From Myxococcota bacterium (GTDB lineage: Bacteria; Myxococcota_A; UBA9042; PHBI01; JAWLBL01), in NCBI GenBank assembly GCA_041687695.1, contig JAWLBL010000033.1, positions 1 through 64,000 on the forward strand: DNA of 64,000 bases. The letters run 5' to 3'. A program made the position numbers and the translations under genes. Positions 9,341 to 17,362 of this stretch are shown piece after piece. Each line of letters begins with the position of its first letter. Position 1 is the first letter of the stretch. The notes below the pieces were generated by a model. That model was not told where the DNA came from and did not search any database. It saw only the letters and a program-made list of their open reading frames with translations.

Positions 9341-10147
9341 TCAGGGGAGGAAGCCGCCGAGCAGGGTGGGCGGGGCGACGTAGTCCTTGCGGCGGATCCA
9401 GCGGGCGCCGTCGGGGCGCAGGACCAGGAGATCGACGGGCGGGGCCGAGCGGGCGAGGCCGGGGGTGTAGCGCTCGCGGGCGATCTCGACCGAGACCAAG
9501 AAGCCGACGAGGTCGACGGCGTTCTGCAGCGGCATGCCGAAGTCGAGGCGCTCGGGGCCGAGGGCCGCCTGCTGGCGGACGCGGGCGATGACGCGGTGGG
9601 CGGCGGCGTGGTCGAGCCCCTCGGCCATCAGGGCCTCGTGAAGGCCCGGCGCGTGGCCCCACCACAGGGTGTGGATGGCGTCGGTGACGCCGAACCACGA
9701 GATGGTCAGGGTCGGGTGATCGGCGTGCAGGCGGATGTCGTCGCCCGGGACGTCGAAGGTGAAGACCTGGCCGTGGTACTGCCCGGGCGAGAAGCCGCCG
9801 ATGAGCATGTGGAGCGGCACGTCGGGGCCGTGGCCGGCGTTGGCGGCCTCGTAGCGCTCCTGCATGAAGGCGCGGAGATCGCGGGCGACCCGCTCGACGG
9901 TGCGCTCGATGGGCGGGATGAGGTGGACGTGCTCGACCGAGAACTCCTCGACCAGGCTGGGGATGGTGCGCTGGCCGAGGGCGCCGCGGCCCCACATGGC
10001 CGTCGCCATGGGCAGGTCCCCGACCACCGAGATCTTGTGGTAGCTGTCGTAGCGGTTCTCGCCCGCGCCGCGGCGGCGGACGGTCATGGCGCTGTCGGCG
10101 CCGAGGACGATGCCGTCGGGGACCTTGAAGCAGACGACGGTGGTCAT
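9341..10147 (-). CDS. Proteasome beta-subunit-like Ntn-hydrolase
   Basis: MTTVVCFKVPDGIVLGADS gives Thr1 and Asp17 after Met removal, followed by a downstream HKI lysine. Confidence 0.7.
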   Translation of the reverse strand: MTTVVCFKVPDGIVLGADSAMTVRRRGAGENRYDSYHKISVVGDLPMATAMWGRGALGQRTIPSLVEEFSVEHVHLIPPIERTVERVARDLRAFMQERYEAANAGHGPDVPLHMLIGGFSPGQYHGQVFTFDVPGDDIRLHADHPTLTISWFGVTDAIHTLWWGHAPGLHEALMAEGLDHAAAHRVIARVRQQAALGPERLDFGMPLQNAVDLVGFLVSVEIARERYTPGLARSAPPVDLLVLRPDGARWIRRKDYVAPPTLLGGFLP

Positions 10148-10304
10148 GGGGCGGGCCTCGCTGTCGGGTAGAGGCCGCGAGCCTGACGAGTCGCGAGCGG
10201 ATGGGCAAGCCCCGCGCTCGCGGGCAATGATTTGTGCCCCGGTGGGTTGACGCCTCACACTCGGGGCGTCCTTCCGCTCCGTCACCCTCCGATCCCGCGT
10301 GCCC

Positions 10305-11627
10305 ATGACCGCAGCCTCCGCCTTCCTCGTCGTGCTCGCCGGCATCCTCCTCGTGGGGACCATCGGCGAGCTGATGTTCCGCCGCACCGGCGTCCCCGAC
10401 GTCATCTGGCTCATCGTGACCGGCATCCTGCTGGGACCCGTGGCCGGGCTGGTCGAGCGCGACGCCATGATGGGCATCGCGCCGCTGCTGGGCGCGGTCA
10501 CGCTGGTCGTGGTGCTGTTCGACGGCGGGCTGCACCTGCGGCTGGCCGACCTGCGCGGGGCCTTGGGGCGCGCGCTGGTCGTGGCCGTGCTGGGCTGGTC
10601 GGCCGCCACCGCGGTCGTCGCGGCGGCGTCGATGGGCGCGGCGTGGCTGGGGTGGCTGCCCGAGACCTGGGGCTGGGCGCAGGCCATCCTGCTGGGCGCC
10701 ATCCTGGGCGGGTCGAGCGCGCTGGTCATCATGCCGGCGGTGCGGACGGCCGGGCTGTCGCCGCCGTTGGCGAACCTGCTGAGCCTCGAGTCGTCGCTGA
10801 CGGACGTGCTGTGCGTGGTGGTCGCGACGGCGGGCATCGAGGTGGCCCTGACGGGCGCGGCGGACCCGAGCAGCGTCGGCCTGGCGCTGGGCAAGTCGCT
10901 GGGGCTGGGCGTCGGGGTGGGCGCCGTGCTGGGGCTGGCGTCGGTGCCGGCGTTCAGGCTGCTGCGGACCAGCGGGTACGGCTATCCGGTGATGCTGGGC
11001 GCGCTGATGCTGCTGTACGCGGGCACCGAGGCCCTGGGCGGCAGCCCGGCGCTGGCGGTCATCGCCTTCGCGGTGGTCGCGGGGAACGCGGCGGACATCG
11101 GCAAGGCGATGGGCCTGAACGAGTCGGCCGAGCTGGGGACCGGCCTCGAGGGCTTCCACGGGCAGCTGACCTTCCTGGTCAAGTCGTTCTTCTTCACGTT
11201 CCTGGGGCTGATGCTGGGGCCGCCGTGGTCGCAGATCGCGCTGGGCGTGGCGTTGGGTCTGCTGCTCATCCCGGCGCGGTTCGGGGCGGTGTGGCTGGGG
11301 GCGCTGGGCAGCCGCTTCAGCCGGGGCGAGCGGCGCATCGCGGCGGTGGCGATGCCGCGCGGGCTGGCGGCGGGCGTGCTGGCGATGACCCCGCTGGCCG
11401 CGGGCGTGCCGGGGACCGAGTCGCTACCGGGCATCGTCTACGCGGCGGTCTTCACCAGCATCCTGGTGTTCGCGGTCGGCTTCCCGCTGGCGCGGCGGTC
11501 GCTGGACCGGCCCGCCGAGGCGCCCCACCTGGTGCCGGCGCCCGTGGGTGGTGAGGTCGAGACCGAGATCCCGGCGCTCGAGGCCTCGGCGGCCGGCGAG
11601 GTCGCCGAGGAGGGCGAGGTCGGCTGA
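10305..11627 (+). CDS. Cation:proton antiporter (CPA1/NhaP-type)
   Basis: About 12 TM helices with VLFDGGL, LESSLTD and MPRGLAA motifs. Confidence 0.85.
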   Translation: MTAASAFLVVLAGILLVGTIGELMFRRTGVPDVIWLIVTGILLGPVAGLVERDAMMGIAPLLGAVTLVVVLFDGGLHLRLADLRGALGRALVVAVLGWSAATAVVAAASMGAAWLGWLPETWGWAQAILLGAILGGSSALVIMPAVRTAGLSPPLANLLSLESSLTDVLCVVVATAGIEVALTGAADPSSVGLALGKSLGLGVGVGAVLGLASVPAFRLLRTSGYGYPVMLGALMLLYAGTEALGGSPALAVIAFAVVAGNAADIGKAMGLNESAELGTGLEGFHGQLTFLVKSFFFTFLGLMLGPPWSQIALGVALGLLLIPARFGAVWLGALGSRFSRGERRIAAVAMPRGLAAGVLAMTPLAAGVPGTESLPGIVYAAVFTSILVFAVGFPLARRSLDRPAEAPHLVPAPVGGEVETEIPALEASAAGEVAEEGEVG

Positions 11628-11751
11628 GGGCCGTTCGAACCGCGAACGCCCCCGCTCACGCGGGCGCGCGGCCGGCGGGAGCGAGGGCGGACGGGGTGCG
11701 CGGGGCCGCCCTCGGCGAGGGGACCCGCGCTCGCAGTGCTGGCGTGGCGAA

Positions 11752-12096
11752 TCAGGCGGTGGTCGGGTGGCCCGGGCCACGGAGCGGCTCGCGGTGGACG
11801 CGCGACGGATGGGTCGGCGCCAGCGAGACGAAGAAGATGGCCACGGCCACCAGGGCGTTGTTCCACACCGTCCCGACCGAGAACGTCGGCAGGATGAAGG
11901 CGCTGATGAACAGCCAGACGGCGAGCGCCGTGTTCAGGTAGCGCGCCTGGTCCCAGCGCATGGCGACGGCGGCGAAGAGCACGCACAGCACGCCCATGAG
12001 CCAGGTGTTGGTCTGCTGCGCGTCGGTGTGCGGCCAGATGAAGGCCGAGATGAACAGCCAGACGCCCAGGGCGATGTTGATCACGCGAGCGGACAT
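11752..12096 (-). CDS. SPW-repeat small membrane protein
   Basis: Two repeats of N.ALGVWLFISAF.. and an RBS (GGGAGGG) upstream of ATG 12096. Confidence 0.75.
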   Translation of the reverse strand: MSARVINIALGVWLFISAFIWPHTDAQQTNTWLMGVLCVLFAAVAMRWDQARYLNTALAVWLFISAFILPTFSVGTVWNNALVAVAIFFVSLAPTHPSRVHREPLRGPGHPTTA

Positions 12097-12254
12097 GATT
12101 CCCTCCCGATGCCTTGTCAGTCCCGCGCGGTCACTGTGGGTCCGAGCCCGGTGTTGCCGGTTCGGCTCGGTTCGGCCCGCGCCGGCGAGGGGCCGCGCGA
12201 AGGACACGGCGCCTCGGGTTAAGTGTGCGCACCGATTGGGGGTTTTCGATGATG

Positions 12255-12338
12255 GGGAAGTGAGGGGGTGAGGTGCGGGGGTGAGGGGGAGGGGTGAGGG
12301 GGTGAGGGTGGGGAGGTGAGGGGAGGGGGAGAGGAGGC
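12255..12338 (+). repeat. G/purine-rich low-complexity tract (GGGGTGA-like units)
   Basis: Many G3-G6 runs separated by TGA or A, with almost no C. Confidence 0.7.
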
Positions 12339-12745
12339 GCGGTAGCCTTCGCTGCGGGCGGCCTCGAGGGCTTTGTCCCCCTTCTCCGCGACGGCCGGCC
12401 TCGAGGGCTCTGTGCCCCTGGGCCGGCCAATGATCGACGCGGTCCCGGGTAGCCTCCGCTACGGCCGGCCTCAAGGGCTTTGTCCCCCTTGGCCGGCCTG
12501 CGGCCGTCCAATTCCTCGCGGACGACAAAGCCCTTGACCCCGGCCTCCGCTGCGGCTGAGGGGCCAATATCGGCCCGGAAGGGGGCCTTCCGGGCCGCTT
12601 CGCGTCCCGGTGCCCGGCTGGGGTGGTGGGGGGCGCGGGTTGGGTGCCAGGGCGGACGCTCGATCGCGGGTCGGAGGGAGGGGCGGGGGGCGTCATTTCG
12701 GCGGGCACGTAGGGGCGAGCCCGTAATTAAACGTGCATGCAATTA

Positions 12746-13013
12746 GTCGTCCCGGGACGACGGTCGCGGTCAGGTCCGCCGTCCTGGGGCGGAAAGCCAG
12801 TGAGTGGGTCGCCGTCCCGGGGCGGAAAGCCAGTGAGCTGGTCGTCGTCCCGGGAAGGGAGGTCAGTCGGTCGTCGTCCCGGGACGGAGGTCAGCGAGCG
12901 GGTCGTCGTCCCGGGGCGGAGGATGAGCCAGCGGGTCGTCGTCCCGGGGCACGGAGGTCAGCGAGCGGATCGTCGTCCCGGGGCGGAGGCTCAGCGGCTG
13001 GTCGTCCCGGGAC
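12746..13013 (+). repeat. Left array of 9 GTCGTCCCGGG(AC) units, period 29-34 bp
   Basis: GTCC(C/T)GGG cores at 12749, 12781, 12814, 12847, 12876, 12908, 12941, 12975 and 13004. Confidence 0.9.
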
Positions 13014-13230
13014 GCGAGGCAAAATCGACCGGATTGGAGCAGCTGGGGTGAAAATGTTGTTGACGGATTTCGGGCCCGCTCGGCGGCGGATCGGCGATCG
13101 AGGCCTTACGGGGGCTGAGACCCCTCTGGCGCGCCGCAGGACGCGCTGATCAAGGGGAAGGGTCCTCGCGAGGTGTCCGAAGGGCCTGAACGGCCGTCCA
13201 GGGGGCGCTACGAGGGGGCAGGCCCCCCCG

Positions 13231-13239
13231 TGCTATACT
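13231..13239 (+). promoter_or_regulatory. Extended -10 promoter (TGnTATACT) upstream of the HNH gene
   Basis: TGCTATACT lies ~30 nt upstream of ATG 13270, followed by a GAGGAG RBS. Confidence 0.55.
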
Positions 13240-13269
13240 GCTCGCTCACGAGGACGAGGAGTGGGGCCG

Positions 13270-14439
13270 ATGAGCGAGGCGACGAAGGGCCTGGAGAAGC
13301 TGACGGACGAGGTCCTGGTGGCGACGGCCGACCAGCTGGTCGGGGTGCAGCGCAGGGCGACGGCCAACCTGCTGGCCTGTCTGGTCGAGGTCGCGCGGAG
13401 GGACCTGCATCTGACGGACGGCGCGTCGACGCTGGCCGACTGGTGCATGGCGCGGTGGGGGATGTCCGAGGACCAGGCCTGGACCTACACCAAGGTCGTC
13501 GAGGTGGCGCGCAAGTACCCGTTGGCACTCGAGATGCTGGCAGATGGGCGGCTGAGCCTGAGCGCGGTTCGGGCGTTGCGGCCTCACTTGACCGACGAGG
13601 TCGCCGACGAGCGGCTGCGGGAGGCGGCGGGCAAGACGCGCCAGGAGCTGCAGCTGCTGATGGCCAAGTGGGCGCCGCGACCGGACGTGCCGGGCCAGGT
13701 GAGGCGGCTGCCGGTCCGTCGGTCCGAGTCGCTCGGCGCTTCGAGAGCAGGCTCGGACGCCGCGTCGTCCCGGGACGACGGTCTGCAGCTGGCGTCGCCG
13801 AGGCCCAAGCGATCGGTCGAGCCGCTGTCGGAGGCTCGCTTCAAGGTCCAGCTGACCGTCGACGCACGGGTGGCGGCCAAGCTCGAGGAGGCGATGGCCC
13901 TGGCCGGCCATCAGGTCGCCGCGGGTGACTACGAGACCTTCTTCGAGATGGCCCTGGACGTCTTTCTGGCCGCGAAGAAGAAGCAGCGGTTCGGGACCGG
14001 CCGGAAGCCCAAGGCCAAGAAGGCCAGCGATTCGACGTCGCCATCGGCCGAGCCAGCGGTCGAGGCGGTCGAGGCGAAGGGTGACGGCGAACCTGCGACT
14101 GAGCCGGTCGAGCCGGTCGAGCCGGTCGAGCCGGTCGAGCCGAGCGACCGCAGCCGCGCCATCCCCGTCGAGGTCAAGCGAGCCGTGGTCGAGCGGGACG
14201 GACTGCGTTGCACCTACGAGGGACCGCTGGGTCGCTGTCGCGAGCGACGACGGCTCGAGTTCCACCATCACGAGCCCTTCGCGGTGGGCGGCGCGCACTC
14301 GGTCGACAACATCAGCCTGCTCTGCCAGGCCCACAACCAGCTCATCGCCCGACAGGAGCTGGGGGCGTCCTTCCTGGCGCGCAAGCGCAACGGGCGGGGC
14401 CTGGCTTCGTCGACCCGTGCCACCGCGTGGCGCAAATAG
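13270..14439 (+). CDS. HNH endonuclease with N-terminal DUF222-like helical region
   Basis: C-terminal RDGLRCTY...RC...LEFHHHEPFAVGG...DNISLLCQAHN motif and an (EPV)n linker at 14101-14140. Confidence 0.85.
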   Translation: MSEATKGLEKLTDEVLVATADQLVGVQRRATANLLACLVEVARRDLHLTDGASTLADWCMARWGMSEDQAWTYTKVVEVARKYPLALEMLADGRLSLSAVRALRPHLTDEVADERLREAAGKTRQELQLLMAKWAPRPDVPGQVRRLPVRRSESLGASRAGSDAASSRDDGLQLASPRPKRSVEPLSEARFKVQLTVDARVAAKLEEAMALAGHQVAAGDYETFFEMALDVFLAAKKKQRFGTGRKPKAKKASDSTSPSAEPAVEAVEAKGDGEPATEPVEPVEPVEPVEPSDRSRAIPVEVKRAVVERDGLRCTYEGPLGRCRERRRLEFHHHEPFAVGGAHSVDNISLLCQAHNQLIARQELGASFLARKRNGRGLASSTRATAWRK

Positions 14440-14450
14440 GTCGGATGAAA

Positions 14451-14658
14451 GTCGTCCCGGGACGACGACCCGCTGGCTGACTTTCCGTCCCGGGACGGCG
14501 ACCTGACCGCGACCGTGGTCCCGGGACGGCGACCTGATCGCGACTGTGGTCCCTTGGACGACGACGACTGACCGCGACTGTCGTTCCTGGACGACGACCC
14601 GCTGGCTGACTTTCCGTCCCGGGACGACGACCTGACCGCGACTGTCGTCCCGGGACGA
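14451..14658 (-). repeat. Right array of 7 GTCCCGGGAC units, period 31-34 bp, inverted relative to the left array
   Basis: Cores at 14454, 14487, 14518, 14549, 14583, 14616 and 14647. The spacers are reverse complements of the left-array spacer types. Confidence 0.9.
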
Positions 14659-15064
14659 TTAATTATTCACACGTTTAATTGCCGGCCCGTGCCCAGCTTT
14701 CCCGCCGCACTACCGCGCCCCGCCTCGCTCTCCGACCCACGATCGGACGTCAGCCTGGCACCTACCCGACGCGTCCAGCGCCACAGCCGGCACCGGGACG
14801 CGGAGCGGCCCGGAAGGCCCCCTTCCGGGTCGATGTTGGCCTGCCAGCCGCAGCGGAGGCCGGGGTCAAGGGCTTTGTCGTCCGCGAGGAATTGGACGGC
14901 CGCAGGCCGGCCAAGGGGGACAAAGCCCTTGATGTCGGCCGTAGCGGAGGCTACCGGGATTGCACCCAACCCGAAGGAACCAAAGCGCGTTCGTCGCCCC
15001 GCGCGCGCGTTGGTCGGGTCCCGCGCGCGCCTTCGTCGGCGCCCGCGCGCCCTCTCCCTCGCCC

Positions 15065-15952
15065 CTACCTCACATACCGTCGAATCATCCGCGTGCAGAA
15101 GTCGGCGTACTCCTCCATCACCTGGGGCGGGCTGGTGTGGTGGGGGGCGAGGCCGCGGTGCTCGGGGGTGAAGCAGAAGGTGAGGGTGACCTCGAAGTCC
15201 TCGAGGGCCTTCATCTGCTTGTCGAACCAGGCGTCGGCGTTGGGACGGTAGCTGTCGGCCCAGCTCAGGCCCGTGCGGAGGTGCTTGACGCCGAGCTCCT
15301 TGAGCCAGCGGACGGCGGCCTCGAGGCGGTGGTCCTCGAAGTGGAACCACTGGCACAGGCCGAAGTCGGGCGTGTGCTCGTGGAAGTGCTGCAGGGCCAG
15401 CTTGGGCGTGCCGTCCTCGCGGATGAGGCCCATGTAGAAGTGGCGGTAGTAGCTCGAGCCCTCGGCCTCGCGGTGGCGGGTGGTGGCCGGCCAGGCGCGG
15501 GGCAGGTCGAAGAGGCTGTACCAGTGTACCCGCGGGACGCGGCCGCGCAGCAGCTCGGCGGTGCGTTGGAGGCCGAAGACCTGGACCTCTTCGGCGCCGA
15601 AGGTCGACACGCCCACCTCGCTGACCCAGACCGGGTGGCGCACGATGGCCTCGATCTCGGCGATGCGCTCGGGCCACTGGTGGATCTGCCAGTGGTTCCA
15701 GTCCAGCGGGAAGCCGTGCACCGCCACGACGTCCACGTGGTCGAGCACACCCTGGCCGGCCATGTTGGCGATGAAGTTCGGGTCGATGGGCGAGATGCCG
15801 CCCAGGACGCGCGGCAAGGTGGCGTGCTCGGCGCGGATGGCCTCGCCGGCCAGCTTCACCATCTGGGCGAACTGCGTCCACTCGGGGTCGAGCTCGAGGT
15901 CCCAGTGCGACTTGTTGTTGGGCTCGTTCCACAGCATCACGGCTTCGATCAT
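15065..15952 (-). CDS. Clan GH-A glycoside hydrolase (beta-xylosidase-like)
   Basis: LWNEPNN acid/base motif and WVSEVG nucleophile motif. Start overlaps the ino1 stop. Confidence 0.75.
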   Translation of the reverse strand: MIEAVMLWNEPNNKSHWDLELDPEWTQFAQMVKLAGEAIRAEHATLPRVLGGISPIDPNFIANMAGQGVLDHVDVVAVHGFPLDWNHWQIHQWPERIAEIEAIVRHPVWVSEVGVSTFGAEEVQVFGLQRTAELLRGRVPRVHWYSLFDLPRAWPATTRHREAEGSSYYRHFYMGLIREDGTPKLALQHFHEHTPDFGLCQWFHFEDHRLEAAVRWLKELGVKHLRTGLSWADSYRPNADAWFDKQMKALEDFEVTLTFCFTPEHRGLAPHHTSPPQVMEEYADFCTRMIRRYVR

Positions 15953-17328
15953 CGGCGGGGCTCCCCCATCGTGGGCGCTTCGGTGGACTCGCTGGCTCGT
16001 TCGGACGCGGGCGGCGCGGGCATGGGCAGCTCGTCGGCGTAGTACTCGAGCCCCAGGTGGGTGATGGGCTCCTCGCCGGCCAGCGCGCGCAGCGTGTTCT
16101 TGAGCTTGGTCAGCTGGATGAACAGATCGTGCTCGGGGTACAGCGGCGCCTTGACCATCGGGCTCTTGAAGTAGAACGACAGCCACTCCTGGATGCCGCG
16201 CCACTGGGTGCGCCGCGACAGGTCCAGGAACAGCGCCAGGTCGATGACCAGCGGCGCCGCCAGGATGGAGTCGCGGCACAGGAAGTTCACCTTGATCTGC
16301 ATCGGATAGCCGAGCCAGCCGAAGATGTCGATGTTGTCCCACCCCTCCTTCTCGTCGCCGCGCGGCGGGTAGTAGTGGATGGCGACCTTGTGGCTGGTCT
16401 GGCCGTACAGCTCGGGGTACAGCTCGGGCTGCAGGATGGTGTCGAGCACGCCGGACTTGGTGACCTCCTTCGAGCGGAAGGCCTGCGGGTCGTCGAGCAC
16501 CTCGCCGTCGCGGTTGCCCAGGATGTTGGTCGAGAACCACCCGGCGAGCCCCAGCATCCGCGCCTTGATGGCCGGCGCGATGGCCGTCTTCATCATGGTC
16601 TGCCCGCTCTTGAGGTCCTTGCCGGCGATGGGCACGCCGCACTCGAGGGCCAGCTCCTGGAAGGCCGGCAGGTCGACCGACGCGTTGGGGGTCGCGTTGG
16701 CGAAGGGCACCCGCTCGCGCAGCGCCGCGTAGGCGTAGAGCATCGTCGGCGTCACGTCCGGGTCGTCGCCGTCGAGCGCCGCCTCGAGCGCCTTCATGCT
16801 GGCCGCGCAGGCGGGCTCGGGCGCGTGCGTCTCGGTCGAGGCGGTGAAGACCATGACGGCGCGCGTGGCGCCCGCCTCGTCCATCATCTCGCGGATGTCG
16901 GCGCGCAGGCGCTCGACCATCTGCCGGTGCGGCATCCGCGGCAGCGCGTGGTCGGCCGCGAGGCGACGGACGCGCTCGGGGTCGTGGCAGCCGGAGCGCG
17001 GCTTCACCGACTGCAGGAAGGGACGCACCGCGTCGACGTGCTCGCGGCTGAGGACCTTGCAGCGATCGGCGACCGCCGCGGCGTCGTCCGAGACGATGTC
17101 CCAGGCGCCGAAGGCCAGGTCGTCGAGGCTGGCCAGGGGCACCAGCTCGCGGATGGGCACGACGCGGCCTTCGGGGCGCTTGCCCAGGCGGACCGTGCCG
17201 AGCTGGGTCAGCGACCCGGTCGGGGCGGCGAGGCCGCGCCGGATGAGCTCGACCCCGGCGATGGTGGTCGAGGCCACCGCGCCGAGGCCGGGCAGGAGCA
17301 CGAGGAGCTTTCCGTCGCAGGGTTGCAT
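15949..17328 (-). CDS. ino1: myo-inositol-1-phosphate synthase
   Basis: GLGAVAST, AGKDLKSGQTMMK, WFSTNILGNRDG and CRDSILAAPL motifs. Confidence 0.9.
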   Translation of the reverse strand: MQPCDGKLLVLLPGLGAVASTTIAGVELIRRGLAAPTGSLTQLGTVRLGKRPEGRVVPIRELVPLASLDDLAFGAWDIVSDDAAAVADRCKVLSREHVDAVRPFLQSVKPRSGCHDPERVRRLAADHALPRMPHRQMVERLRADIREMMDEAGATRAVMVFTASTETHAPEPACAASMKALEAALDGDDPDVTPTMLYAYAALRERVPFANATPNASVDLPAFQELALECGVPIAGKDLKSGQTMMKTAIAPAIKARMLGLAGWFSTNILGNRDGEVLDDPQAFRSKEVTKSGVLDTILQPELYPELYGQTSHKVAIHYYPPRGDEKEGWDNIDIFGWLGYPMQIKVNFLCRDSILAAPLVIDLALFLDLSRRTQWRGIQEWLSFYFKSPMVKAPLYPEHDLFIQLTKLKNTLRALAGEEPITHLGLEYYADELPMPAPPASERASESTEAPTMGEPRR

Positions 17329-17362
17329 GCGCGCCTTCCTTCCTTGGGGTCCGTCCATGGGA

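Larger units (their letters stand above)
12439..14963. mobile_element. Putative HNH-endonuclease element bounded by long imperfect inverted repeats and palindrome arrays
   Basis: ~12439-12776 is the reverse complement of ~14629-14963 (near-identical at the outer ~180 bp and inner ~55 bp). It encloses one HNH gene and no transposase. Confidence 0.7.

Noticed and set aside
12131..13149. ORFs across the left arm and array (12131-12742, 12733-13149, 12737-13051) and the right arm (14679-15251, 14689-15171)
   Set aside because: They are translations of repeat DNA. Their mutual similarity reflects the inverted repeat, and they have no convincing RBS or domain.
12746..14658. Arrays flanking the HNH gene as a CRISPR array
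   Set aside because: The period is only ~32 bp, the spacers are recurring related types rather than unique sequences, and there are no cas genes in the window.
12430..14975. Target-site duplication for the HNH element
   Set aside because: No direct repeat was found flanking either the outer arm ends or the AT boxes, so DDE-type transposition is unsupported.
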